NCBI GenBank assembly: GCA_965153455.1
Contig: OZ234493.1
Span: forward strand, 34,214,213-34,278,212
Source of the DNA: Sphagnum compactum
Lineage: Eukaryota
Length of the DNA: 64,000 nucleotides
Reading direction: 5' to 3'
A model generated the notes under the pieces. That model was not told the origin of the DNA. It did no database searches and saw only the letters and a program-made list of their open reading frames with translations. Shown one piece after another: positions 53,050 through 64,000 of the stretch. Made by a program: the position numbers and the translations under genes. Position 1 is the first letter of the stretch. Each line of letters opens with the position of its first letter.

Positions 53050-56000
53050 TCAATTGCTGAATTTGTCTAGTCCATCATCCGCACCATCTGTATGCTGCTC
53101 TTTGGAATTAGAGCAAGTGAAATCGTATTTCACATCCACAAGGTAAAGTCCACAAGCAGGTGCCATGGCTGGTGTAGCTGTGATTGTCTGAGCGTCCAAA
53201 ATCCGTTGGACTGCACAAGAAGAAAATCAACAATTTTGCTTCTGTAAGAAGCTGGGCAATAATGGACACATGCACAGCTTTAAGTGCAAACTCTTGTGCA
53301 CAGAAAATCATCCCCTGCAAGCACATAATAATCATACCCATTGCCACTTCAAGATACCAATTTGTTGTTGGTCAACAACCTTGGTGCAAAATACAGAGAC
53401 AAAGTTTTACAGTGTTTGCAATTTTTCAACTATGAAGGTTTGAAGAGAAGCTTGAATGGAGTGCTAAACACTAGGGGGCAGAAACCGGAGATCTGAAACA
53501 GTGAAAAGGGAAGGACCTGGTATATACCATCTTTTGTTGTCAATGCTTTGGAGCCAACGGCTTTGAGCAATCCCACGAGCAACCGCACCTGCAATGTCCA
53601 TGGACATGGTGAGCTCTTTTCATAAGGAACTTGTCATGGGGTTTGCTCAACTTTTAGTTTGGGTGGGAGGGTGAACTTCCATTTTGTGGGTCAGTGCTAA
53701 ACCCAGGTTTATGAGCAGCTCCAGCAGTGCTTAGTATGCAAACCTGGAGATTAAAATTGAATGAAGAAAAGTTAAAACATGACGTTTAGCTCAGCAAAAT
53801 GGTTTTGGCCCTGCATTTTTGCACAATTTGCTGAGGCTGGTAAAAGCAACAGCAAAGCCTAACACCTGCCAGAGAAGAGTGCAATACATAGGATCTGACT
53901 GCTTCTCCCTGTGTCTGATCTGCCAATCATAATGATCGGTCCAAGTGGGTTGCTATTAGTAGTGTCCCACCTATTTGCAGTCCCAGTTTTAGTTTTACGG
54001 GTGAGGATGGAAAAAAAGTAAGTCACTAAAACTTGGATGGGAGAAATATTTTTGCAGGGTCACATGCTGAGCACTGCTGGAGCTGCTAGATATTCACTGT
54101 ATAACAAGGACTATTGATTGTGGTTCTAAGTTCTAACCTGATGGTATAGAAAAGAGCGGGCCCTTGCTGTGACAACAAAGCAACGTAACTTTCTCTTTGC
54201 ACCAGCATTCACATCCATGTCTTCACTGCCAGACAAACTTTCCCCCTTGTCCTTGCAGCTCTCTGATGCTGGAGTGAAGGACCTACGCTGCTCTTGAGTT
54301 GGGAAACAGGGCCATGTTGGGGTCTCACACACATTAAGTTCATCCAGTGTCTTCAAAGGAGATAGTGCCTGCAAAATAGATAATACTGCTTCTGACTGTG
54401 TGTCATCATCATCATCATCATCATCATCAACAGTCGTACCATAGAGTTGGAAAGTATCCACTCTCTTCAACTGTCAATAGGCTCACTGTTGAGCAGACTA
54501 GAAACAGACTCTCCAATGGACTTCCAAGAAACATTGCAGATGAAAGATGTCATGAGTGGAGGAGGCAAAGGCTTACCTGACATCCTGCTGCCCGAAACGA
54601 ACTGAAGTCATGATGTCCAATTAGAACTTGGCAAGCTTCCTATTGTACACACACACATTCCATGCATGAACAAAGTGGATGGGTGTCAGATACAAGAAAT
54701 GCTGCATTTCAGAAAAAATATGGGTACAGACAAAGCAAAGCCTCTGATTTCTCCTGTGCAAACCAAAGAAGTGGTTTAGGGTTGGTGACAGGCCATGGAA
54801 GAAGTGTAGAGAAACTTTGGCAAAACGTGTTCTCAGCTACTTTGCAGTGGTTAACACAGGTTGGAGATGATGTAGGAAGCCCATTTACCATTCTTGGTTG
54901 TTGTGATCACCTGGTCTGTACCAAGCTGTGAGGAATGCACAGATCATCACATGGATTCAGATTTTAGGTTGGTAGGTGAAAGCTTTTACTGTGAGCTACA
55001 AATGAGGTGAGATGAGAGGACAAACCTGCATATCTGCAAGGTCAAGCTCCTCAGGAACATGCCATGCCCGATCTTTCTCAAACACTGACAGAAGACCAGT
55101 CCCTGCTAAGATACGATAATGATACCTGTTCAGCACAAGTCCATGCATTTGCAAGAGCCAGTTAGATTGTTGGTCTGGCAAAAACATTATGGAAATGGAC
55201 AGATTGGAGGGGAAAAAAACCCACAAACATGTAAGGATGAGAACTGGCAGATCATTCAAGTTTTCTGCTCTACAATGGGTCCAGTTACCTACGTACGTGC
55301 GTTCCTTTGCTTGAAAGCGAGCATGAAAATCAAGAGGCACACGTTGCACGTCCACAATTGCAACATCATCTCCTTCTTTCTGTTAATCCATTTGTCCAGC
55401 AGACAACATTAAACTCCATGAGTAAACACTTGAGACAAGACAGAGGGAAGGAAAAAACTGAAGAGCTGCCTGAGGGTAGCAACTAAAATACCAAATCACT
55501 GTTCAATATTAGCAGGAAAACATACCTGCAAGAAATGGTTGACTGCTTTCTTCACAGTTTCTGGTTCATGTGGCGGCATCTACAACAGCCACAATCAGAG
55601 AATGAACTGTCACCAACAACCAATAGGTGCAAAAGAAACAAAAACAAAACCAAAAACATCTCATTTGTTCAATAGTCTCTGCCTCGACTCATACATACAT
55701 AAGAGATCCATAAGAGGCACATGTCCCTTTCTCCCACTGACTTCATCAGCTCCTGACCGTGGATGTAGATGATAAGTACAGAAAGAAAATCCACCCAAAA
55801 TTTTGGACAAAAAGCATTCTAGAAATGTCTGGATCCAGAGGTTTTTGTTGCAAATTTCTCAATGTGACAGGGGAAGAGACTCAGTCATGAAGTTGGCAAG
55901 CAAGCACCATCATCAAGAAGCTAACAAAGGATGAAGTAACAAAAAAAATCAGCAAGATTCAAGATTCTTCTTCATGTGTAAAATTCATACCACTTCACCA

Positions 56001-56913
56001 GGCTTCCTCTTGCTGTAGCGCACCACATCAACATGGCACACATTGGCTGTTGCATGCACACCTGTATCCTGTATACCACACAAAAAGTCCATTAGAAGTT
56101 GCTTCCTTTCTCTTCTTCTTCTTCTTCACAACACAAGTCTGGGTTTGACAACAAGAAGAACAGCAACAACAAGATTGTTGGTGAGATGAGAAAATCTCTC
56201 AAAATGCAGAACAAAAAAAGACCATAGAACTTAGCACATGAAGTTGAGCAGCATGCACTATGGTTTCCTCTTGAAGAATACACATTCTCTGATGTTGAAG
56301 AAACTATGATGATAACTGATTGCAGTGACCATTCAAGCTTTGTGGATTTCATGATCATCCAACCCTAAGATTCAGGGAAGTCCTCTGCAGTGCTTGCTGC
56401 ACACAACACAAGTGTTTTTGGTTTGGGAATAAGAAGAAGAGGATGATCAGAAGCCTTACCGTGCGGCTAGAAGCTGCACTCACCACAGGATGTCCTACAA
56501 ACATCTCAAAAGCAGCCTGTGCAAAAATCAGCCAGAACAAAATGAGGAGCATGAGATCAAAGAGTTTCACTGGTCAGATAAGAAGTCAAAGAGTCTGGAA
56601 GCCGCTGTTGCTGCTGGTTGAAAATCCCATGGATTGTGGCAACAAAAAATCCCTCTCACTCGATAAGCAAATCCAGTAGGTAGTTCCATGAAGAAAGAAA
56701 GAAAGATTTCACCTCAAGAACTCCCTGAACAGTGCGCATGCCTTTCTGCTTCTGGAAGCCCAAGAACCGTGTACCCACATACTCAAGAGTGATGAAGTAT
56801 CTTTGAATCCCGCCGCCATTGGAGCTTGCCATCATGTTGTCCTCTCGTGCCCACTTCCTCTTCTTCCCCTCAGACTTCACAAGCTCTTCTGCTTCAGACT
56901 CCTTAGTTGTCAT
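53050..56913 (-). CDS. truA: tRNA pseudouridine synthase A (TruA family), 10 exons, about 362 aa
   Basis: Exons 56913-56713, 56516-56460, 56068-55991, 55579-55526, 55379-55297, 55125-55026, 54639-54577, 54368-54138, 53588-53528, 53210-53050 (1089 nt, open). Motifs: LEYVGTRFLGFQKQ..RTVQGVLE, catalytic SSRT-D-TGVHA, FHARF.AKERTYHYRI, GHHDFSSFRA, RSFLYHQVRLLVG and APACGLYL. Confidence 0.95.
53713..54087. mobile_element. Tourist-like MITE family B inside TruA intron 8
   Basis: TIR AGCAGCTCCAGCAGTGCTTAGTATG / CATGCTGAGCACTGCTGGAGCTGCT. The body is shared with 26446-27520 and 58091-58278. Confidence 0.85.
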
Positions 56914-57060
56914 GTGAAGGATGCTCTTCTATAACCCCAACAGATCCCCGACAAGCTCTGGTTTCAAATGTCCAACCTCCGTATTCCCTTCGTGGATCGC
57001 CCACTGCACCGAAAACCCAAAAGTCTCCAGAGATCTCTGCAGACCGAGAAAGAGTTGCGA

Positions 57061-57530
57061 GAGAGCGAGAGAGAGAGAGAAGAGCGCAATATGGGTTCGG
57101 GTTTAGGGTTTAAGCTACGACACAGTTCTACAGGAAGAGGAAACAAGCCCTTTCAGTTGCAGTTGCTTTTCTCCTTCCGGATTGTCTGTTGGGATTCTCT
57201 TCCTTCAGCGGATCGTTGTGTGTGCGTGAGAGAGAGACAGAGCACGAGATGGGTTCAGGGTTTAGCGTTTAAGCTACGACACAGTTCTACAGGAAGAGGA
57301 AACAAGCCGTTTCAGTTGCAGTTGTTTTTCTCCTTCCTGATTGTCTATTGGGATTCTCTTCCTTCAGCGGATCGTTGTGTGGGATTGAGAGAGAGAGAGC
57401 GAGAGAGAGAGAGAGCACGAGATGGGTTTAGGGTTTAAGCTACGACACAGACAGGAAGAGGTACAAGCCGTTTCAGTTGCAGTTGTTTTTCTCCTTCCTG
57501 ATTGCCTGTTGGGATTGTCTGTCTTCAGCA
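57061..57530. repeat. Three-copy tandem repeat (unit about 160-170 bp) immediately upstream of TruA
   Basis: Units anchored at 57091, 57249 and 57422: (GA)n-ATGGGTT..GGGTTTAGGGTTTAAGCTACGACACAG..ACAGGAAGAGG.AACAAGCC.TTTCAGTTGCAGTTG.TTTTCTCCTTCC.GATTG. Confidence 0.9.
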
Positions 57531-58090
57531 CATTGTCTGCTATATCCAATTTGTTCTGGAATCTGCAATTGGCAAAAACATTCCATAGAGGGGAGGAGGT
57601 CAAGGAAATTTGCGAGAGCTATAGGTACAACGCCAATACTTCTTCAACTATGGCAATCTCTCCTGATTGTCACAATTGTTGTGACAACAATTGCATTACA
57701 ACTGGTGCCTAACTAGATCAGCCAATTTGTTGAGTAAAATTCTTCTTGGCTTCTTTTGGGGTTTTCAGCAAGAGTGATGTTACTATCTGTATGTATGTTG
57801 CTTGATTTTATGGCTAGAAACCCAAGCAGTAGATTATGATCAGAAAGGATTGGTGATCCTCTCTATGGTTCTTAGAAGTGCATGAGGCATTTGTTGGATT
57901 ACGATAAGTGGAACATTGGGTCATGACGTTATAATGCTTACCTGCAAAGGCGAAGAGCTGGCTGGATGGATGTTTCAGCATGCTTGGGGTTGTGAGCTGA
58001 GGACTAGGAGGCTGAGACTTCAAGATCATTGTTTGCCTTTCACAGGTGATGCTTTATGTGAAATGAAGGATGCTCTTGCTCAGCTTCTGA

Positions 58091-58278
58091 GAGCATCCCC
58101 AGTGGTGCTAAGTATGTGACCCTGCACATAAAAGTTGGATGAAGAAAAGTCACAACAGGCCGGTTTGGCTCAGCAAAATGGTTTCAGCCCAGCATATTTG
58201 CACAGTTTGATGAGGCTGGTAAAAGGCACAGCAAAGCCTAACACTTGCCAGGGAAGAGGTAATAAGTATGATCTGATT
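58091..58278. mobile_element. Truncated MITE family B copy
   Basis: GAGCATCCCCAGTGGTGCTAAGTATGTGACC...GCTCAGCAAAATGGTTT...CAGCAAAGCCTAACAC matches the first half of 53713-54087. Confidence 0.75.
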
Positions 58279-60818
58279 CTTTTGTGAGCAAGTTTCATAG
58301 AGGTTATGATTGCACCCATTGTCATGTTTCCTTCAAATTGTTGTTGTGGAGATTTGATTTCTCTGCAATCTCATCAATAAGTAGTTCTCTTGTCTTTTCC
58401 TCTCAGTGAAGCTCTTTCTGATCACCAGGTTTTGTTTGCAGGTATCTTAAAGCTAAAAACTTTGAAGTTGTTTCCAAAAAAAGCCGCTGAAGGTTGGTCA
58501 TCTGTCACAAACCCAACCAAATCTGTTTTCTATATAGTTAGTGATTGAGGAAACTGCGCCAGCTAGAAATGTGGCTGCTGGTGATACCTGCTATTGCTAT
58601 AGATTGTGGGCATTTTTGTGAAGCAAATGGGCATAGTTCGTCGATGCTCTTAGATGGGTTTGTTGCTTGAGACATGAGCGGCTCTGTAGTGTAACTGTGG
58701 GTTTTGTGGGTGACAGGTTCTGCAAACATGTGCACAAAGAGAATCTCCAAGTTTCAGTACGCAAAACATACAGAAAAATTGTGCAAGTTTTGTTACTCAA
58801 GTTTTGTTAATCATGCTAATTGGTAAGAAAGAACATGGATTCGAGCTGGGCCAGAGACTGTGATGGTGTTTTAGGATCTGCTGAGTATGTAGTAGATGCT
58901 CATTTTATTTAGTGGATCTTGCATTGGATTTGTTGCAGATCAGGATGAGGAATCAGAAGGCTTTCACAGGAATCACAGGTTTCAACATACATATCTCTGT
59001 CATTAAAAATTTGATTCATTTCAAAAAGATTTCCTACAATTTATGCGTTCACTTGTGGAACCTAAACCGATTTCCAAATGAAAGGAAGATGTACCTACAA
59101 AAGATTGTGCAATGGAACTACTTCTTTGATATTCATTTTCTCATGTTGGCTTTACTGCAAGGCCTTGCTAACATGGGCATATTTATGAATGCACGATGAT
59201 TGTAAATATTACTACAAGTTGTTGTATGAGGGACATCCAACATGGATGGTGCTCAATGAATTTGAGACTTTCAACGAACTACAGAACAACTACATGCTTA
59301 GGATATCTTTCCATTACGCGGTCCCTATGGCAGATTCTGCCTCCAACAACAACTTTTCATTACATTTGTTGTTGTTAGCTATTCAGACACTTATCTTTGA
59401 CACTTATCTTAGAGCTCTAACAGTCAAACATTGACCAAATGCAAAGTTGTAATTCCTGAAGTCTCCAAGTCAAATTGTTTATTCATCGTAAAGTGACACT
59501 TGCCAATTTACTTCATAGGAACACCGTGTTTTTAAGAAAATTATGTACAAACTCGTTTACATTGATTACATTTTTGAAATATGAAATAACTCTCATACTT
59601 CCTAACAAATTACTTCCAAATTTTTCAACCCAGTTGTAGCTCTCTAATGGATAGCCCTATCCATGCAACAAGAAACGAAGCTCCATTTCAGCCATTAGGC
59701 TACTGTGATCATAGCATCTGGATGTAATTGTGATCATAACAACTTAATGGAAACAGACCTTTAGTTGTGAAAATCACATTTTCACAACTCCCAAAATATA
59801 ATAATTGTCGCCTTTCCCTTTGGCTTAATTTTATACTTTCCAATAGTAAAACTATGTGCAAAAGGATATGAGATAAGTGTGGTATTATTGGGAACAACTT
59901 GGGGAACAAATTGAAAACATTGTAAACAAAAAAAAATGGGAGCTTGTTGGGAACACTTTGAGACCATGTTGAATATACCATGTCAAAATGAAATGTTCTA
60001 AAATATTTTTAAAATTTGTCTTCCATGGATTTGATTTTTTTTCCCTCAAATTTCAAAATTTATGAAAATAATAAAATCGGTATTGAAGTTGGCAAGCTAC
60101 TACAATAATTATTTTTTTAAGTTTTACAAACTTGAGGTAGACCTTATTAACATCGTGACACAAAGGTTATTACCCTACCATGTGGTCGGATTTGAGGCAA
60201 ATTAATTAAAAATCAAGATGTCAACAAAAAAATTCAGAAATTCCAAGGGGTGAAATCTTGAAAGTGCAAGAAATTCCACGACAACATTACTTTTACCTGA
60301 AAATTCAAGACTACCAAATATGAAAATATGATCAATGTTGTATCCATATGTCTTGACTTGTTGCTACATATAGAATTTGTAATCACGTGAAATTTCAATT
60401 TTTTTATAAAAAATAATAATAAATATATATATATACAAAACTTGACAAAATTAAAAAAAAATTGCCACTTTGGTCACATTAATTTATTTAAAAAAAAATT
60501 AAAATAGTATATTTCTAATCTAATTATTTACACATATTCTAACAATCACCAAGGTCACATTGAATTGGCCAATCATTACAAGGTTGGGAATTTGATCTTC
60601 CAAATTTCCTTACATTACTTCTTTTAAACTTTGGTTTTTCTCAAAAAAATTTCTTTTGAAAAATAATAAAATATGAACCATATTGGCATGTATGTTATAT
60701 AATTGAAACATCAATATTATTTATTTAACTAACTCTTCACAAATTATATATATATATATATATCTTCATTACCTATATAATTAATGGGATATATATATAA
60801 ATTCTTTCATTTATCCCG

Positions 60819-60873
60819 AGGATTGCTCTATTTCATTGGACCATTGACCTTGAACCCTCATCTAAACTGGCCC
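60819..60873 (-). mobile_element. Old single-end remnant of MITE family A
   Basis: GATTGCTCTATTTCATTGGACCATTGACCTTGAACCCTCATCTAAACTGGCCC resembles the end of copy 3 (12596-12648). Confidence 0.6.
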
Positions 60874-62440
60874 TTTGTTTAGTGCAAGATCTAACCCCCA
60901 TTTGACTTCACATTCTCATGATGCAAAATTCAAACCCTAATGACTTCTATGTTCGATCCTAAAAATTGTTTATTGTTTTTAGGATTGATAACTTGTTTAT
61001 ATGGTAACCAAGTGATCCAAATGAGTTATTAGATTTTGAAAATTCAATAGGAAATGATACGGTTATTAATTGAATATTTTAAACAATCAATAACCAATTG
61101 GTAGGTTATTAATGATCAAATTAATATAGCCAAATTGATAATCAAAATATCAATTCAATAATTAACCAACATTATTTTCTTCCTCTTTTTTAATAAGCAC
61201 CCAACAAAATCAACCAATGTTGTTTTTGAATATCAAATTTGAAATACTTAGTTCCTTAATTAACCATTTTTTTAATTTAATTTTTTTGATATTCATGTAG
61301 GTTATATTAATAACCCCCAAATCCAATTCTTAAGGGTTTAGGAATAGAGAGTCTAGGGTTAGTTAGGGTTTTAGGGTGGAGGTGGATTTAAGATCAAATT
61401 TTGTTTAGATACGAAAACTTTGTAATGAACCTTGCTGAATTTTTTTTGGCCTACCAAAAGTTTGAAAAAATATTTAAGAATTTTAATCCTAAAACCTTAA
61501 AATGAAATGAAAGCACCAACTTAATATAACTGACTAATCTAAATGAGTTAATTATCAATTGTGACAAAATTAGTTGCACAAGATGAAAATTAAAAAATAA
61601 AAAATTAGACTGGGTATGAAATTTTTTCTTAAAATGTGAAAATTGTTTTAGTTCTTAAATTAAATATTTTTGCATATCAGAACAAATAGTTATGGAAAAA
61701 AAATAAATCGCCCACATAAAATAACACCTACATTAATTCAAAGTTTCAATCTTATTTTTCAAAAAAAAATCGAAATTAATATTCAAAATTCAAATCTTCA
61801 ATGAAAACCCTAAACCCTAATAACCCTAATAACCCTAATTTTTTTATGTTCCACATCATCCTTTTTACATATTTACAATTACAATGCTAGCCACCTTAAA
61901 CCCTAACACAAAACAATAGGCCTACCTAGCCTAAACCCTACCCCTAAGTAGCTTTATAGCTTCGACTCCACTAGTAATGGGTATCTTATGTCCAAGAACC
62001 TAGTGAGAACCGGATGTGGGGTGATTAATATAACCTGGTTGAGGTTTATTTTGTGAAGGGGTCCCAAGGGGGGGGGGGAGTCAATCCTTTGCCAACTGGT
62101 TCTCACTCACTTGATACCCAGTGGGTAGGGTATTAACCTGGGTATCTCTCTTGAGGAGAGGATACTTGCCAGTTCAGAAAGAACCGGGTCTGAACCATGC
62201 ATGCCCCCATTCATTCTGAAACATTCATCCAAATTAACTGGGCCCAAAACTGGCGCAGATCCACCCACACCTACTTACTCTAACCAATGAATGTATAACA
62301 CATCCAAAATATTGTGCAAGTTATTTCTCATCCAGGTCCAAACTTTAATTTTACATCCAAAGCTGTTTTTTTTTTTTTTTTTTGGGGTGTTAAAAGCTTG
62401 AACTTCATCCAAATTACTCTTTACAAGCCCTTCTATTATT

Positions 62441-62588
62441 ACATGAGACATGGATGGGATTTTCATAAAGGCTGCAAACAGAGTTGGCAAGTGCCTTCCC
62501 AAATGAGACATGGATGAGATTTTCATTTAAAGCCCGCAACGTAAAGAGAGTTGGCAAGTGCCCACATGAGACACACGGATGAGATTTT
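62441..62588. repeat. Tandem repeat, unit about 60 bp, 2.5 copies
   Basis: ATGAGACATGGATG(G/A)GATTTTCAT...AGAGTTGGCAAGTGCC repeated at about 62442, 62502 and 62565. Confidence 0.8.
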
Positions 62589-63163
62589 GGCATTACATCC
62601 ATCCCCCCCTCCCCCCTCCAACTGGGCTTGCCCGGCCCGGTAGTAGCAAGTGGGGCGAGCCCAGTGAGGGTGGTAGGTAGTACATCACCGTCTTTTTCTG
62701 TTAAGGAATTCTTTTCGGGTTAAGAGAAAATTGGAGTCATTTCATTACGTTACGTAAAGGAAATAAAAAAGTGTCTCTGGGTACCTAATGAATGACAAGG
62801 GGGAAAATTAAATTTTTTTAAAAAAAAATTCGATAAATGCATTCCAGATCAAAATTAAAAATAGAAATCTGTTTTCTGCGGTGTAAAAATTCCCTAGTAA
62901 GAACCGCCGGATATTAAACAAAATCCCACCACATACTCCTGATGTTCCTTGGCCTAGGCTGGCCCTGAAAGAACCTCCGGGTATGATATGATCCGCTGGT
63001 GCATTCTGGGCAATCGTGTTAACCGCCGGGTATGAGACGAGCCCCAGCTGTAGTGAGTTTTGAGCTGCGGGAATTGAGACAGCAGCAGCACCTGCAGAGA
63101 TGCATGTGATGACGGAGCGTAAATAAAGACCCGGCTGCGCACTGATTCCTGTTATTTTCTTGC

Positions 63164-63285
63164 TTCTCCACGATACCTGGCGGGTATAATGGGAACAAAA
63201 AGCTAAAGGAATTTTTTTTTCCCCATTATAAAAAATTTCTTTTTTTAGCTTTTTCCCCATTATACCCGCCAGGTATCATGGAGAA
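63164..63285. repeat. Long near-perfect hairpin (about 120 nt)
   Basis: TTCTCCACGATACCTGGCGGGTATAATGGG...AAAAAGCTAAA pairs with TTTAGCTTTTT...CCCATTATACCCGCCAGGTATCATGGAGAA, including a perfect 22-bp core. Confidence 0.85.
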
Positions 63286-64000
63286 AAAAGAAAAAAACAG
63301 GGGCATTCCAGCACAAGTCCTTTGCCTGTGATGATGGGTCGGGTTGAAATTTCCAGCGGGCCCGACACAAAACCCACAGATACATGTTAGTTTGTAGTGG
63401 GTTTGACCTCCGGGCAGGAGACAAAACCCCTCTCAGACTGCTGGTTTCTTTGGTGCCAAACAGCGGTGAGAACGTTGTTTGGCCGATGCGCTTACGAACC
63501 TCCGGGTATAACTCTCGCGCGCGCACACACCCCGTGCTGCGTCATTCCGGGGTTCGATTCGCAGCCCCTGTGCACCTTTTGGCAGTGTGGTGGTCAAGCT
63601 TGGCTGCTGCTGCTGCAGGAGAACTTCCGGTTATGAAAGCACAGAGAGATGCATTCTTCCGTGTTAGTTCAGCGACGGGCGCTTGTGGAAGTGGTCAAGT
63701 GAAAGAACCTCCGGGTATAAACCCACCCTTCGAGAGGCGAGCGCATACCCGGATTCTTCCTGCCCGCCGACGACGATTTCACAGACTGCAATTTTGGGCG
63801 GGTACCTGGGGATGGTGAACACGGGCTGACGCGGGATTAAGAACCTCCGGGTACATTCGGACAGATTCATCTCCGGATTCTTACCGATGGTCCTTCGTCT
63901 TCTTCTTCTTCTTTCCGCCTTTCTTGCTTGCTTTTCTTACTTCCTTTGCTTCCTCCTTTTGTGGTTTGCTTGTTTGTTTGTTTTTACCTCCACGAGATGC

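Noticed and set aside
58248..58268. Partial complement to miR408 (GCCAGGGAAGAGG)
   Set aside because: It matches only the 3' part of the miRNA, not the seed or cleavage region, and lies inside a MITE.
61330..61840. Telomere-like TAGGGTTT/AAACCCTA runs
   Set aside because: Only a few scattered degenerate units, not a telomeric array.
62901..63854. CRISPR-like repeat/spacer appearance
   Set aside because: The repeat is only 13 bp, spacing is irregular (50-475 bp), no cas genes are present, and the context is eukaryotic.

Overview
Eukaryotic land-plant genomic DNA: AT-rich, many short GT-AG introns, and dense with small non-autonomous DNA transposons. A bryophyte such as a moss is my inference, not something the sequence proves. 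I can reconstruct four apparently intact minus-strand genes. Two are intronless tandem DREB-type AP2/ERF transcription factor paralogues (6401-7105, 16982-17617). One is a 16-exon SNI1/NSE6-like SMC5/6 subunit (38423-44187, about 549 aa, hand-spliced, not visible as one ORF). One is a 10-exon TruA-family tRNA pseudouridine synthase (53050-56913, about 362 aa). There is also a frameshifted ERD6-like sugar-transporter pseudogene beside an exon from a different MFS family, one unidentified spliced gene relic, several MITE families (3-, 4- and 8-bp target-site duplications, some nested), short tandem repeats and two strong hairpins. I see no CRISPR array, rRNA, intact tRNA or intact transposase, and no evidence of a large novel multi-gene system. 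All alignments were done by eye and family assignments come from remembered motifs.
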